DNA of 64,000 bases from Verrucomicrobiales bacterium (GTDB taxonomy: Bacteria > Verrucomicrobiota > Verrucomicrobiia > Limisphaerales > CAIMTB01): the NCBI GenBank assembly GCA_016795425.1, contig JAEUHG010000064.1, positions 119-64,118 of the forward strand. The letters run 5' to 3'. Below the pieces are notes generated by a model. The model searched no databases. It saw only the letters and a program-made list of their open reading frames with translations, and was not told the DNA's origin. Of this stretch, positions 43,006 to 53,983 are shown in pieces (position 1 is the first letter of the stretch; each line of letters begins with the position of its first letter). Made by a program: the position numbers and the translations under genes.

Positions 43006-45654
43006 TCACTTCGGAGTCCGGGCGCGCAGGAAGGCAATCAGATCGGCCACGTCCTTGGGACCCAGCACCTCCATGAAGGTCGGTGGCATCAGGGAGATCT
43101 TCTCGGTGCGCACCTCGGCGACCCGTCGTCGCAGAAAGGTGGCTTCCGCGCCGGCCGGCAATCGCAGCGTCAGGCTGGTGGGCGATTCCGAAACGAGAAT
43201 CCCTTGGTGGATTTGACCCGACCGGGTGCGCACAAAGGACGATTCGAATCCGGCGGTGAGCATCTCGTTGGGAAGAAGAATGTCACGGATCACGGTTTCC
43301 TCCGCCCGCTGGAACTCGGCATCCAGACTTGGCCCCACCGCCGTCCCCAGTCCCTTCGCCTGGTGGCACGTCGCACAATGCTGGGCGAACAACGCCCGGC
43401 CCTGCTCCACGTCCGCAGATTGCGAAAGCGCCGCACGATAGCGCGGCATCGCCTGCTCCACTCGGGCGACGAACTCCGGCGACGGCAACTCCTGGGTCAC
43501 CGGTGGGGCCGCCTGGGAGGCTCGACCGGCGGCGTCCCGGTCTTCCTCCAATCCGGCATCCAGGATGCGATTCCAGGCGGTTCGATGCCCAGGATCGTCC
43601 GCCTTGGCGAGGGTGGCACGAACTGCGGCCACTTCGCCGGCATCGGCTCTCGCGGCCACCGCGGCGACCAGTGCCTCGATGAGGTAGGTGTTGGCCGGAC
43701 TGATCAACAGGAGGTGGTTCAAGACCTCAGGTTCACGTCGGTGGGAGGAACTCAGGACGGCGGCGTCCATCCACTGCAAGTGCCCGTAGCGATGCGCCAA
43801 GGCCGCGAGTTGTCGAGGAACCCTCGGATCCCGGCTCTCGCCGAGGCTGAGTGCGGCCTGCAAAGCGACCACAGGATCCCTTCCCAACACCGCGCTATCC
43901 GACCCCAACAATGCTTCCTCGACGTGGCGTCCCTTATTGCCGGGTCCAAAGAAACGATCCGCCAACTGCAGAGTGATCCGACGCACCTCGCCACTGCGAT
44001 GTTCGAATCCTTCTCGCAGGTCCTCCGCCTCCAACGCGCCGAGGCCTTCCAGGGTGAACAGTGCGTTCATGGCGCCGATGGCATCGTTGTCGAGCCATCC
44101 GGCAATCCGCCGCGCCACCGATCTGGGCGACCGTTCCACCAGCAATCGTCGCGCGGTCTGCCGCCGCCAGGAGAGGTGACTGCCAAGTTCCGGAATCAAT
44201 TCACTCTCCGCCATGCGCGAGAAGTCAGCCGTCGGCGCCGGCCGGGCCTTCTCGTGGGAGACCCGCCAAATCCGACCGTGAGCCATGCCGTTGGTCAGTC
44301 CGTATTGTTGCTGCAGGTAGCGTGGAATCGCCGAGTAGTCCTCGATGATCTCCCGGTAAAAATCCACCACATACAGGGCGCCGTCCGGTCCGACGGACAG
44401 ATTCATTGGATGAAACCAGGAATCCGTCGACGCAAGGAACTCGGCGTTGGGTGCGGACGAGGGGCGGCGCAATCGCAGGCGGGTGCCGTCACGGTCGATG
44501 ACCGCGTGATAAACGAGGCTGCCAGCCGGTTCGCACATGAAGAATTGGCCCCGGTATTCCGAAGGAAACTGCAGATCTTCATACACCAGCGGCGAACAAC
44601 CGGAGGTGAAGTAACCACCGGCTTCGGAGTCCGCAGCACCGTAGCGATCGCGATAGAACTTGAAGAATCCCGGATCCTGAGCGCGCTTCACTCTCCACGG
44701 GTGAGGCGGCGCCAGGGCATACACGCGGGTGTCGTCGCTGGCGGCCACTTGAAGTGGCGGCAATGTGGCGTCCGGATTTCGGGACAGATATCGCCACGGC
44801 AAGGGCGCCACCTGGATTCCGGGAACGCTGGTGGTGGCGACAAAACGATCCCCGCCCGCCGTGAACGCGTGCCCAAAGGTGTGGGTCGATCCGGTCACCG
44901 GCTCGATGGCGGTGCCATCCGATCGGATGCGAAAGTCGGTTCCGCCAATCTCCACGGGCTGTTTCAAATGCCGACCCGTGATACGCCCGCCACCGTGGCC
45001 GCGGCCAAAATAGATCCAGTTGTCGGGTCCCCATTGGGGCGCATTGACGCCGCGCTCCAGCAGGCCTGCCTTGAAGCCCGTGAACAGAACCTCCCGAACT
45101 TCGGCCACGCCATCGCCGTCGCGATCCGCCAGAAATACGATATCGGGCGCGCAGGCCACAATCACTCCACCACGGGCCGGCACAAGGCCGTAGGCCGGTG
45201 GAAGCCGGTCGGCGAGAATGGTCATCCGATCCATGCGCCCGTCGCCATCAGTATCCTCCAGGCGCTTTACTGTCCCGTACGTCCCGGCCTCTGCCGCGCC
45301 CTTTGCCTGGTCGTTCGCCTGGATACGTCTCACGGTCCGATCCAATTCACCGGTCCGGTTCAAGGCCTCGATGTCGTACTGCCCTTCCAGGTTGTAACCA
45401 TGCAGTTCCGTGACATGGAGCCGCCCCTTGGCATCCCAGCAGACTCCGGAAGGTTCGCGGATCAACGGTTCACTGGCCACCAGATCGACACGGAATCCCG
45501 CCGGCACGCGAAAAGTCGCCCGCGACTCCTCAGGGGTGAGGGGCCGAGGCCCATCCTCTGGACGTTCGATGGTCGCCGAATAGGCTACGCACTCGACCAC
45601 CAACCCGCACAGAGGAAGAAGCATCCGGTACCAGCTCAATGCGCGCTTTGCCAT
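43006..45654 (-). CDS. PVC-type membrane-bound-dehydrogenase-domain / HEAT-repeat / cytochrome c (CxxCH) protein
   Basis: The N-terminal GFRVDLVASEPLIREPSGVCWDAKGRLHVTE is the membrane-bound dehydrogenase domain typical of Pirellula/Verrucomicrobium. A helical middle follows, and the C-terminal region is GRALFAQHCATCHQAKGLGTAVGPSLD. I moved the start to ATG 45654. Confidence 0.8.
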   Translation of the reverse strand: MAKRALSWYRMLLPLCGLVVECVAYSATIERPEDGPRPLTPEESRATFRVPAGFRVDLVASEPLIREPSGVCWDAKGRLHVTELHGYNLEGQYDIEALNRTGELDRTVRRIQANDQAKGAAEAGTYGTVKRLEDTDGDGRMDRMTILADRLPPAYGLVPARGGVIVACAPDIVFLADRDGDGVAEVREVLFTGFKAGLLERGVNAPQWGPDNWIYFGRGHGGGRITGRHLKQPVEIGGTDFRIRSDGTAIEPVTGSTHTFGHAFTAGGDRFVATTSVPGIQVAPLPWRYLSRNPDATLPPLQVAASDDTRVYALAPPHPWRVKRAQDPGFFKFYRDRYGAADSEAGGYFTSGCSPLVYEDLQFPSEYRGQFFMCEPAGSLVYHAVIDRDGTRLRLRRPSSAPNAEFLASTDSWFHPMNLSVGPDGALYVVDFYREIIEDYSAIPRYLQQQYGLTNGMAHGRIWRVSHEKARPAPTADFSRMAESELIPELGSHLSWRRQTARRLLVERSPRSVARRIAGWLDNDAIGAMNALFTLEGLGALEAEDLREGFEHRSGEVRRITLQLADRFFGPGNKGRHVEEALLGSDSAVLGRDPVVALQAALSLGESRDPRVPRQLAALAHRYGHLQWMDAAVLSSSHRREPEVLNHLLLISPANTYLIEALVAAVAARADAGEVAAVRATLAKADDPGHRTAWNRILDAGLEEDRDAAGRASQAAPPVTQELPSPEFVARVEQAMPRYRAALSQSADVEQGRALFAQHCATCHQAKGLGTAVGPSLDAEFQRAEETVIRDILLPNEMLTAGFESSFVRTRSGQIHQGILVSESPTSLTLRLPAGAEATFLRRRVAEVRTEKISLMPPTFMEVLGPKDVADLIAFLRARTPK

Positions 45655-45881
45655 GGAGATGACCGGAGGTCTTACCCTTAGCCCAACCCATCGCCAAGGC
45701 GAACCGGACCTCTGATCAGTCCCAGCAAGGTGGGAGCACCGCCCATTTCTCGGACGACGCCCGCTGCCCCAGAGCGATGGGCCCAACGGATCCGGCAACG
45801 CGGAGCCAGCCGTCAAGCCCACCATTCTCGAAGACGGAGAAGGTACGGCACCCTCACCGCCCTCCCGAGGTCCATGCCTTC

Positions 45882-48800
45882 TCAGGGCAGTTTCGGCGTG
45901 ATCACCCGATAGAAGCGGGTCTCCCCCGCGGTCGACGCATCCAGCACTTCCACCTCGCAGTCGCACGCCGCTGAATTCAGATGTTGAACCACCTGCCAGG
46001 TGCCGGCGTTCACCTCGCTTCGCGCCAGAACCGTGTAACTCCGCTCCTTGACTACGGAGACAAGCAATCGTGTGCCCTGGTCGGTGCGAACCGCTCGAAG
46101 CCTCAGAACACTTCCGGATTCTCGCGGATGCGTGCCGCTCAGGAATTCCGACCGATTCGACTGTCCGTCGCGATCCGGATCCGCGTCGTCGCCGCTGACG
46201 GTCGGATCGCCCAACTCAACGGAGGTAAAGTACTGCCCCCGCCAGGTGGCGTATTCGTCACCGCCAATCGTGGCCACGACCTCGTCGAAAGCCGACAATG
46301 CGCCATCGTCGACGGCGAATCGCAGGACATACCGACCCGCTGCCGGGAACTGGACGGTTGTGTTCGGCGTGTTGGTGGCGGTGAACGTCGCCGTGCCCGG
46401 GCCCTCCACTTGCCGCCACGAAAATCGCACCACGCCGGGCGGGCTGGGCAGACCATCATCCTGGAATTGACCTGTCAGTTCGAGCGATTGTCCCACGGAG
46501 CCGGTGATGTCCGATCCGGCGAGCGCGACCGGCCCGCGGTTTGCCGGATTTGCCTGCGCTTCCAGAATAAGGTCGAAGCTCACGTCGGTGCTGCCGGAGT
46601 TCTGCTGATGAACCTCAACCGCGATCAGGTTTTCACCGGAGACCAGACTGGTGGGATCCACGATCTGATCGAAGTATGCCGTCTCATCCGCGCCACCCAC
46701 GACTTCGCTGGCCAACGTCGAGGCCGTCACGTTGCCTTCGGGCATGTTGGAGCGGAACACGAGCTGGTTGTTGAGATACACCATGGCTCCGTCGTCGCGC
46801 ATCAAGCGGACCTTCAACCCCACCACGCCGGAGGGATCGGCGACGGTAAAGGTCTTGCGGAAATAGAAGGTGGTGCTCGGCGTTCCATCGATGGTGCGCC
46901 GCAGCGTGGTGCGCATGTCCGCATCGCCAAATCCCATCTTGGCCGGGCCGGCCGGCCAGCCCGCATCCGAAAACCCGGCGGTCCGCCATGCCGTTCCCTG
47001 GTCCGAGCCATCGTCCAGGTACCGCCAGGTGTCTCCGGCAGCGATCCAAACCTGGGTATCCGACGGACGCCGGGCGCGCAGGATGACATCGTCGGATCGC
47101 GTACGTTCGCCGTCGGAAACCGTGAGCCGAAGGGTGTAATCGCCGATACCAGGCAAACGGACCGTGGCGTTCGAGGTGCCCGCGCCGGTGAACGTCACCA
47201 CACCGGGCCCGTCAACCTGGCTCCACTGGAACCCGAGGCGACCGGGAACGACGGGAAGTCCGTCGTCACTGCCAACACCCGACAAGGTCACTTGGAGGGG
47301 ATAGGTGGCGGACTCGATTTCCCGATCCGGTCCCGCATCCACGAGGGGAGTGCGATTGCCGTCGTTCGGAAATCCTGGCGACGGTTCGCCGAAGCTCGCC
47401 CGCCAGGATGAGGGGTCATCGGCATAGACGTCGCGCGCCCTCCGTTCCAGGGACGATCCCAAGCCGGCGGCACCTGGTGGCCACGGCGCGGCATTCCGAT
47501 AGCTGACGGATTCTACCTCGTAATACGGAACCAGGATCGTTCCATCCGGCAAGATATCGGGTTTATCCGGTCGCTCCAAACTCACGGTTTCGCCGCCGTC
47601 TTGAAGCACGCCGCTGTAGGGTCCAAAGACCGGCACCGAGGCCGGGATTCCGTAGCGAAGGCGGACGCTGTCCGGATCGCCGCCGGTGACGACGGCAAGG
47701 CCACCGGGCGGAAGAATGACCTGGGTGGGGAACGAGAACCCGACACCGGACAGGCGCCAGGTATTGGTCGGCGCCTCCGGGTCATACAACGGTACCGAAC
47801 TGGCCGAAAGGTTGAGCAACTCAATAAACTCCACCCCGCCCGCCACCGGCTGGTACTGGATCTCATTGATCACCACCGGTCCCAGGCGCGGCTGCGCGTT
47901 CGGTTGCCCTAAGGTCACTCGATCCTGGGCCGGATAGCCCAGGTCGCCCACGCTGTTGGTGTAGCGGCCCAACGACACCCCGTTGGCCGACGCGCCAAAA
48001 GAGAACCCATCGCTGTAGCCCGTCAGTTCACCCGCAGCATCGGCGCTGAAGACCCAGATTTCATCGCCATAGGAGCTCAACGAAAAACTGCCCGGAGCAT
48101 TCGTGGGCCGATTGAATTGTGTCTCGTCGAAGGTGATGAACCCGAGCGGCGGAACGGTGGTTCCGGCCGGTATGCGAAACTTCTTCGGCTGCGCGCGATC
48201 ATCCGAAAGCCACCACCCGCCAATCATCGCCGCCGTATCGCCAGGATTGTGAATCTCGACCGAGTCCAGCAGCGGGGGATCGGTGTGGGTCAACACCTCG
48301 TTCACCACGACGGCGGCGATGCCGCCGATCGGATCGTCCGCGCCCGGAGATCCACCGATCCGCGTGCTCGAGCGCCAACTGCCCGGCTGGTTGAAATCGA
48401 GATCCCCAGAGGCCAACGCCGGAACCAGACTAAACCCGTCACCATCGGCCAAGGGCGGCCAAGGCGGCCGGGTGTCGTAGCTGGCGCTGAAGATCTCAGC
48501 CCCCGTGGCATGCACTAGCGCCAGGCGATCGCCCGAATTCGAAAGGCGTCCCGTGTAAACGCCCGCCGCGCGTTGTCCGACATATCGTGAACTGAACGCC
48601 TCCGCGTTGCGTGCCAGTACCAGAAAACCACCCGCGGCCAATCGCGTTCCATTGGGAAAACGATAGGAGACACCGTCGGTAAGGCTCACGCCGCTGAGGT
48701 CGAGCTCACGCGAACCGACGTTCTTCAACTCCAGGAACTCGAAGTCATCCCCATCGCGATCCGCCGTCCCTTGCGGATGGTAGTGGATTTCCGTGATGCG

Positions 48801-51251
48801 AAGTTCCTTGAAGGTCTGGATGATGATGAACTCCGCCTCATTGAGCGCACTCCAGACGTTGTCGGTCAGGACACGTGCCCGCACGACCGCGGATTCCGTC
48901 ATCCGGACGGGGCCGGAGTAGCGGCGCGCGGACGACGCGATCGCACCCCCCGGCGAGCGCGGATCCGAACCATCCAGAGTGTAGTAGATCGTCGAGGTTC
49001 CTGGAGCCATCAGCAGGGCAAAACCCGAGTTCACGGGGCCGCCTTGTTGATTGAACTGCGGCGCCGCAACTCCGGGATACAGGCCGTCGGCACGGAGCTG
49101 ATTGATCAATACCGCCGGCCGGCGGGCGATGAAATCGAGATTGCGCGCCACGGCGGGCAGCCAGTCGTCGTTTCGATTCAAGGGATCGGACGCCCTCTGA
49201 GCGTCGCCCCACCGCGCGGACTCCGCCACCACGGCGCGGTCAATCTCCGCGCGGCGCCGTTCATAGATCGATCTCGCCTTCTCGGCGGTGAGCACGCCGC
49301 CGCTGTTGAACAGATGTCGCTGAATGCGGTCCGACACCAGGATCCTGAACTCGGGGCTCTGAAGGAGTTTCTGCCACAGCCACTGCGGACTGCTCTTCGC
49401 CACGGAACCGTCGCCGGCCGGATACGGTCCGGTCCGATCCGCATTCACGTCCAGCAAGGTGTGTTCGGCGTCGTGCACGAAGAATCGAAAACCCTGATCA
49501 GCCGCCACCCGATTCCAGACTCCGAAGTAGTTGTTGGGACTCGTGTTTCCCAGAAAGTTGGAGATTGGAGCGTCCAGATTGCCGCCGTATAGAATCACCA
49601 GCATATAATCGATCAGGTTCACGGGATCGACATACACCGGATACTCCGGGTTGCGGGTGCCATCTGGATTCTGTCCCAGGAGTCGCCGGTATTTCACATC
49701 ATCGACGCCAGGCTTGACCAGGTTGTACAGCTCGGTCCACCCGGAGAGGTTGCCGTCGGTGGCCACGACCGCATAGGGCCCGGCCTCGACCTTTATGACG
49801 TCGTAGTCCTCCGGCAGACCACCGAAATAGCCCGCGGCGTAACTGGCCTCTGGCCGTTCGCAGGTGTTGTAGAGCCCCCAGTATTGGCCATCGATGTAGA
49901 GGTGATAATAATCACCGCGCTCCGCCTGCTGTCCCATGGCGAGTTGCAGGTCTCGATTGAATTGGTCGCGCAGGAAGGTGCCGTTGGGATCTCCCTGAAA
50001 GCTCCAGGAATAGTTCTGGAAGGTGCGCAGATCGAAGCCGTCAAACTCGTCGGTGGCTCCCTCCCCAAAGAGCGGAAATCGGAGTTTCCCTTCGCCATAT
50101 TCCTGGCGGAAGAAGAAGCGAAACGCGTGCTTGGGATTGCCGGTGCTGCGGCTGAACCCACCCCGGATCCGAATGCCGCCGTTGATATGAAAACCCTCCC
50201 GACCGTCCGGGTAAATCAACTCCAGCGACATGGGCCGCTCCCAAGCCCGGCCGTCTTGGCCTGGATTCGCATAGATGCCGCGGGACGGGTCAAACAGATC
50301 CGGAAGGTGCATCGAGACACAGAACGTCGGGATGGTCCTGAGATCGTTCTCCAGGGTGCCCGAATAGCGCGCGTCATTCACGATCCGCTGGTCCATGCCG
50401 TAGTCCCGCGCATTGGCCCCCCAACTGGTCGGCCAACCCGGAGGAGGCGCGCCGGTCGCCGACTGCCGGATCACGTCCGAGGTGAACAGGTAGGTGTGGG
50501 TATCCACATTCGACGGCATCCACCCGGCCTTGAACGCTGCGGCGCGAACGACGGTGGTGCCGGAAATGCGCAGCACCTTGTTCACCACGAATCCCGTGGT
50601 CGCCGTCGGCGGCGTGCCGTTGGTGGTGGCCCGGATCTCCGCTCCGGGCGTCTCGCATTGGATGACCAAGTCGAACGGCGCCGTGAAATAACCCCGATTC
50701 ACACTGAATTTCGTGTCGGCCACCTGGTCGACAAAACCGTCGCCATTCGCCGATCCGGGCGTCGGACTGCTGAAAAACATCCGCGTGCCCTGGGCCGACA
50801 CGCCGTACGAGATGTCGGCCGCCTGCGGCGGATATTCGGGGGCGAATTCACTCGCTGGTGTCTCGCCGTCGGGAGCAAACAGCCCCAGGTATTCCCCGGC
50901 GTTGTCCAAGCGGAAATTGGTGTGCGACCGACCTCCGTTCGCTGGTCGGCGGTCTTTTCCCGATGCAAACACCACCAGGTACCCACCGGCAGGCAGGCTT
51001 ACGGATGGGAAAACCCATTTCTTGGGAAGTGCCGGATCGTCGGTGAGCGACCAGTCCTGCAAACTGACCGGCTGGCCGGAAGTGTTGCGCAGTTCGATCC
51101 AATCTTCGAAGGCCCCGTCTTCGTCGGCGAAAACCTTGGTGTTGGCGGCCAGGAATTCCGAGATCTCGACCCCGCCGGCGGCGCGGCTCCGGAAAGCCCC
51201 GAGCCCAATCACCAAGGACACCCCTATCGCGACAACTACCCGTAAATGCAT
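45882..51251 (-). CDS. Giant exported CotH-kinase-family protein with multiple lamin-tail (LTD) domains, PKD-like repeats and a carbohydrate-binding-like module
   Basis: LTD modules are VEISEFLAANTKVFADEDGAFEDWIELRN, ITEIHYHP...FEFLELKN, VVNEVLTH...VEIHN and VINEIQYQP...EFIELLN. The CotH core is HAFRFFFRQEYGEGKLRFPLFG...DYYHLYIDGQYWGLYNTCERP. Two PKD-like repeats are present (FQWSQVDGPGVVTF and FSWRQVEGPGTATF). I moved the start to ATG 51251. Confidence 0.85.
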   Translation of the reverse strand: MHLRVVVAIGVSLVIGLGAFRSRAAGGVEISEFLAANTKVFADEDGAFEDWIELRNTSGQPVSLQDWSLTDDPALPKKWVFPSVSLPAGGYLVVFASGKDRRPANGGRSHTNFRLDNAGEYLGLFAPDGETPASEFAPEYPPQAADISYGVSAQGTRMFFSSPTPGSANGDGFVDQVADTKFSVNRGYFTAPFDLVIQCETPGAEIRATTNGTPPTATTGFVVNKVLRISGTTVVRAAAFKAGWMPSNVDTHTYLFTSDVIRQSATGAPPPGWPTSWGANARDYGMDQRIVNDARYSGTLENDLRTIPTFCVSMHLPDLFDPSRGIYANPGQDGRAWERPMSLELIYPDGREGFHINGGIRIRGGFSRSTGNPKHAFRFFFRQEYGEGKLRFPLFGEGATDEFDGFDLRTFQNYSWSFQGDPNGTFLRDQFNRDLQLAMGQQAERGDYYHLYIDGQYWGLYNTCERPEASYAAGYFGGLPEDYDVIKVEAGPYAVVATDGNLSGWTELYNLVKPGVDDVKYRRLLGQNPDGTRNPEYPVYVDPVNLIDYMLVILYGGNLDAPISNFLGNTSPNNYFGVWNRVAADQGFRFFVHDAEHTLLDVNADRTGPYPAGDGSVAKSSPQWLWQKLLQSPEFRILVSDRIQRHLFNSGGVLTAEKARSIYERRRAEIDRAVVAESARWGDAQRASDPLNRNDDWLPAVARNLDFIARRPAVLINQLRADGLYPGVAAPQFNQQGGPVNSGFALLMAPGTSTIYYTLDGSDPRSPGGAIASSARRYSGPVRMTESAVVRARVLTDNVWSALNEAEFIIIQTFKELRITEIHYHPQGTADRDGDDFEFLELKNVGSRELDLSGVSLTDGVSYRFPNGTRLAAGGFLVLARNAEAFSSRYVGQRAAGVYTGRLSNSGDRLALVHATGAEIFSASYDTRPPWPPLADGDGFSLVPALASGDLDFNQPGSWRSSTRIGGSPGADDPIGGIAAVVVNEVLTHTDPPLLDSVEIHNPGDTAAMIGGWWLSDDRAQPKKFRIPAGTTVPPLGFITFDETQFNRPTNAPGSFSLSSYGDEIWVFSADAAGELTGYSDGFSFGASANGVSLGRYTNSVGDLGYPAQDRVTLGQPNAQPRLGPVVINEIQYQPVAGGVEFIELLNLSASSVPLYDPEAPTNTWRLSGVGFSFPTQVILPPGGLAVVTGGDPDSVRLRYGIPASVPVFGPYSGVLQDGGETVSLERPDKPDILPDGTILVPYYEVESVSYRNAAPWPPGAAGLGSSLERRARDVYADDPSSWRASFGEPSPGFPNDGNRTPLVDAGPDREIESATYPLQVTLSGVGSDDGLPVVPGRLGFQWSQVDGPGVVTFTGAGTSNATVRLPGIGDYTLRLTVSDGERTRSDDVILRARRPSDTQVWIAAGDTWRYLDDGSDQGTAWRTAGFSDAGWPAGPAKMGFGDADMRTTLRRTIDGTPSTTFYFRKTFTVADPSGVVGLKVRLMRDDGAMVYLNNQLVFRSNMPEGNVTASTLASEVVGGADETAYFDQIVDPTSLVSGENLIAVEVHQQNSGSTDVSFDLILEAQANPANRGPVALAGSDITGSVGQSLELTGQFQDDGLPSPPGVVRFSWRQVEGPGTATFTATNTPNTTVQFPAAGRYVLRFAVDDGALSAFDEVVATIGGDEYATWRGQYFTSVELGDPTVSGDDADPDRDGQSNRSEFLSGTHPRESGSVLRLRAVRTDQGTRLLVSVVKERSYTVLARSEVNAGTWQVVQHLNSAACDCEVEVLDASTAGETRFYRVITPKLP

Positions 51252-51622
51252 GGGCCAAAGGCTACCACACGGAGGTGAGCATGGCACGCACCTCGAAGAT
51301 CCAACGTCCGACCCCTGGATGAATGGAGGGACTTGATCCGGTGGAGCGGCGCGACGCCAGGCGCGCGTCCACGGCCCCTTCAACCCACCTCGCCAACGCA
51401 GGGCGAAGCGCCCCTCCGCATGGATCCGTCTTCCCTCACGCGCCCTTCCGGTTCGTTTTCCAACAGGGGTCTATCGAGGAAACGAAGGGCCATAGCGCCT
51501 ACGACCTTAAGAAAAAGCGGATGCTCGCCGACGAAGTCCTTGGTCAATCAACCGGCCAAGCAACGAACGTTGCCGAGTATCAGCAGGAATCCCACGAACC
51601 GGAGAACGCGAGGCGCCACCCT

Positions 51623-53230
51623 ATGAAACTCCACACCAAGCTCTTGCTGACACTGACCGTCGGTATCGTCGCGGTCAGCGCGCTCACGCAACTCGCGCAG
51701 GACCGGCAGTTCACCTCGCTCCTGCGCCACAGCGCGAGTGAAAACATGACGCGTGAAGAGGAAACCCAATGGTCGTGGATCAAGAATATAGACAAGGCTG
51801 TAGGGTTGGCCCTGATCAACGCCATGGCACAGGGTGACATGGAAAAGTACGCGGAGGTGGTCGCGGCGCAGCGGGATCTCAAGGGTCTTCATGAACTGTC
51901 TCTCTATAACGACAAGGGAAAGGCGACTTACTCCACTCTCTCCAATCACATTGGGCAGTCACTTGCGCCTGAGCTCAAAACCGAACTCGCACAAGCCACC
52001 CAGCCTCTCCATCGCCGCACCGCGGAAACGTTCGAGATCTATCACCCGCTCCGGATGCAGAAGGACTGTCTGCAATGCCACCCGGATTCGACCGAAGGCG
52101 CCCTCGCCGGTGTCATGGCATTTCGATTCGGCGACGATTTCCTTCAGGAGGCCAAGGCGGCGTGGGACGGCTGTGTGTCGTCCATACATCAATCGAACCG
52201 AAATCTCTCCATCGCGAGTCTCGCCGCCATGAGCATCGTGATGGCGATTCTGATTGGCCTCACCGTCCGGAAACAGGTCGCGCTCCCGCTGCGTTCGGTC
52301 ATGACCAACCTGGTGCAAGGGGCGGAATGCGTCCACGGTGCCGCCGCCTCGATCACCTCCGGCAGCAGTGCTCTGGCCGAAAGCTCGAGTTCCCAAGCGG
52401 CCTCCCTGGAGGAGGTCAGCGCCTCTCTGGAGGAAATGGCATCCCTCACGAAGCGGAATGCAGATACGGCCGCCGCGGCCAAGGGCGAAGCCTTCGACAC
52501 CCGTCAATCGGCCGATGCCGGTGCCGCCAAGGTGTCGGAACTGGTCGGCTCGATGCACCAAATCCAGTCGGCCTCGGAGGAGATTACCAAAATTCTGAAG
52601 GGTATCGACGAGATCGCCTTTCAAACGAACCTGCTCGCGCTGAACGCCGCCGTGGAGGCCGCGCGGGCCGGTGAATCCGGCGCCGGATTCGCGGTGGTGG
52701 CCGACGAAGTGCGGACGCTGGCGCAACGTTGTGCCGCGGCGGCCAAGGAATCCGCCGGGAAGATCGACGATGCGATTCAGAAGAGTCGCCAAGGCGCTGT
52801 CATCAGCTCCGCGGTGTCCCAAAGTTTCGACACCATCCGTGCCAAGGTTCGGTCGCTCGACAAACTGGTGGCCGACATCGCTACTGCCTCCCAGGAACAA
52901 AGCCAGGGCATGCAGGAAATCACCAAAGCGGTCGCCTCAATCGATCAGGCGACCCAGGCCAACGCCAGCAACGCCGCCAATAGCGCCCACTCCGCTGCGG
53001 ATCTCGAATCTCAGGTCGAAGGCATGCAAGAGGCCGTGTCAAACCTCGGCGAACTGATCGATGGCCAACGTTCTCAGACGCGCGCACCCCGTTCCTCGGC
53101 TCGCCCCATCCCGGATGAACCGGCTTCACCGACTGAAAGCCACGACACGGCCCGCGCCGCCGCCGATCCCACACCCCATCGAACAGTGAAACCAGCCGCT
53201 CGCGTCTCCACGGTGGTCGCCCACCATTGA
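51623..53230 (+). CDS. Methyl-accepting chemotaxis protein with a CxxCH-containing periplasmic sensor domain
   Basis: The order is TM1 [15 protein letters not shown], a periplasmic domain containing CLQCH, TM2 [21 protein letters not shown], then the MA signalling domain [51 protein letters not shown] moved the start to ATG 51623. Confidence 0.85.
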   Translation: MKLHTKLLLTLTVGIVAVSALTQLAQDRQFTSLLRHSASENMTREEETQWSWIKNIDKAVGLALINAMAQGDMEKYAEVVAAQRDLKGLHELSLYNDKGKATYSTLSNHIGQSLAPELKTELAQATQPLHRRTAETFEIYHPLRMQKDCLQCHPDSTEGALAGVMAFRFGDDFLQEAKAAWDGCVSSIHQSNRNLSIASLAAMSIVMAILIGLTVRKQVALPLRSVMTNLVQGAECVHGAAASITSGSSALAESSSSQAASLEEVSASLEEMASLTKRNADTAAAAKGEAFDTRQSADAGAAKVSELVGSMHQIQSASEEITKILKGIDEIAFQTNLLALNAAVEAARAGESGAGFAVVADEVRTLAQRCAAAAKESAGKIDDAIQKSRQGAVISSAVSQSFDTIRAKVRSLDKLVADIATASQEQSQGMQEITKAVASIDQATQANASNAANSAHSAADLESQVEGMQEAVSNLGELIDGQRSQTRAPRSSARPIPDEPASPTESHDTARAAADPTPHRTVKPAARVSTVVAHH

Positions 53231-53236
53231 ATCTGG

Positions 53237-53983
53237 TCAGCCTCCGGCCCCCAACAGGGCCGCCTCGGCAGCCTTCAAGATCAGCGTCTCGCCCCGACGC
53301 ACCAGAACGCCGCGTACCTTCACCTGGCGACCGGCCCAACTCACGTTCCACGGAACGTTCCCAACGCCCGACACGAGCATCACCACGACGGCGTGGCCGT
53401 CCTCGCGTTGTACAAGGAGTCCAGGTGGCACCCCTCCGCTGAGACAGCGAATTGCACAGGCCCGATGCACCTTCCCGGTCGCCGGTCGCATCACGCCCAG
53501 GAAACATTTGGTATCCACCAACTCACCCGCCACATGAGCGTCACCCATCACGATCTCCTCCATTTCCGAATCCCGCTCTGGAGCCGGGGACAACACTTCG
53601 AGGGAATCGGGAACGTTCCACTCCGCCATAAGCGTTCCGTCACGTTCGATCAGACTGCCGCGAAACCGAATCCGGCGGCCGTGATACTGACGCAAAACGT
53701 CGGGCACGCCGTGCTTGCCTAAACCGACGACGACGTAGTTCGTCCCCACCCCATCCGGCGCGGCGACGCGCAGGAGTGGGAGCGGTTCGGCAAGGAACAG
53801 CCCCTCGAAAACCCGTTCGATGCCGAACTCGAAACGACCTTGCCCCATCGGCGACTGCTGCCCGGCGATAACGGCCAACCAGGCGAGTAGGACCACGACC
53901 GCCGCCGCCACCCATCGCCGCACAAATCGGGCCATGGCCGGCGGAGCGTGATCCAGGTACCCAACATAAAATTCCTCGTTCAT
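53237..53983 (-). CDS. Membrane-anchored protein of unknown function with a conserved-looking Cys triad
   Basis: The N-terminal TM is WVAAAVVVLLAWLAVIAG and the soluble part contains DTKCFLGVMRPATGKVHRACAIRCLSGGVPPG. The ATGA overlap with the upstream Rieske fusion gene is at 53980-53983. Confidence 0.65.
   Translation of the reverse strand: MNEEFYVGYLDHAPPAMARFVRRWVAAAVVVLLAWLAVIAGQQSPMGQGRFEFGIERVFEGLFLAEPLPLLRVAAPDGVGTNYVVVGLGKHGVPDVLRQYHGRRIRFRGSLIERDGTLMAEWNVPDSLEVLSPAPERDSEMEEIVMGDAHVAGELVDTKCFLGVMRPATGKVHRACAIRCLSGGVPPGLLVQREDGHAVVVMLVSGVGNVPWNVSWAGRQVKVRGVLVRRGETLILKAAEAALLGAGG

Noticed and set aside
43204-51245. Long + strand ORFs 43204..45681 (825 aa), 45981..47411, 48771..49592 and 49884..51245
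   Set aside because: They lie antisense to the PVC heme-binding protein and the CotH giant protein. They carry no motifs and have Arg/Gly/Pro-rich composition.
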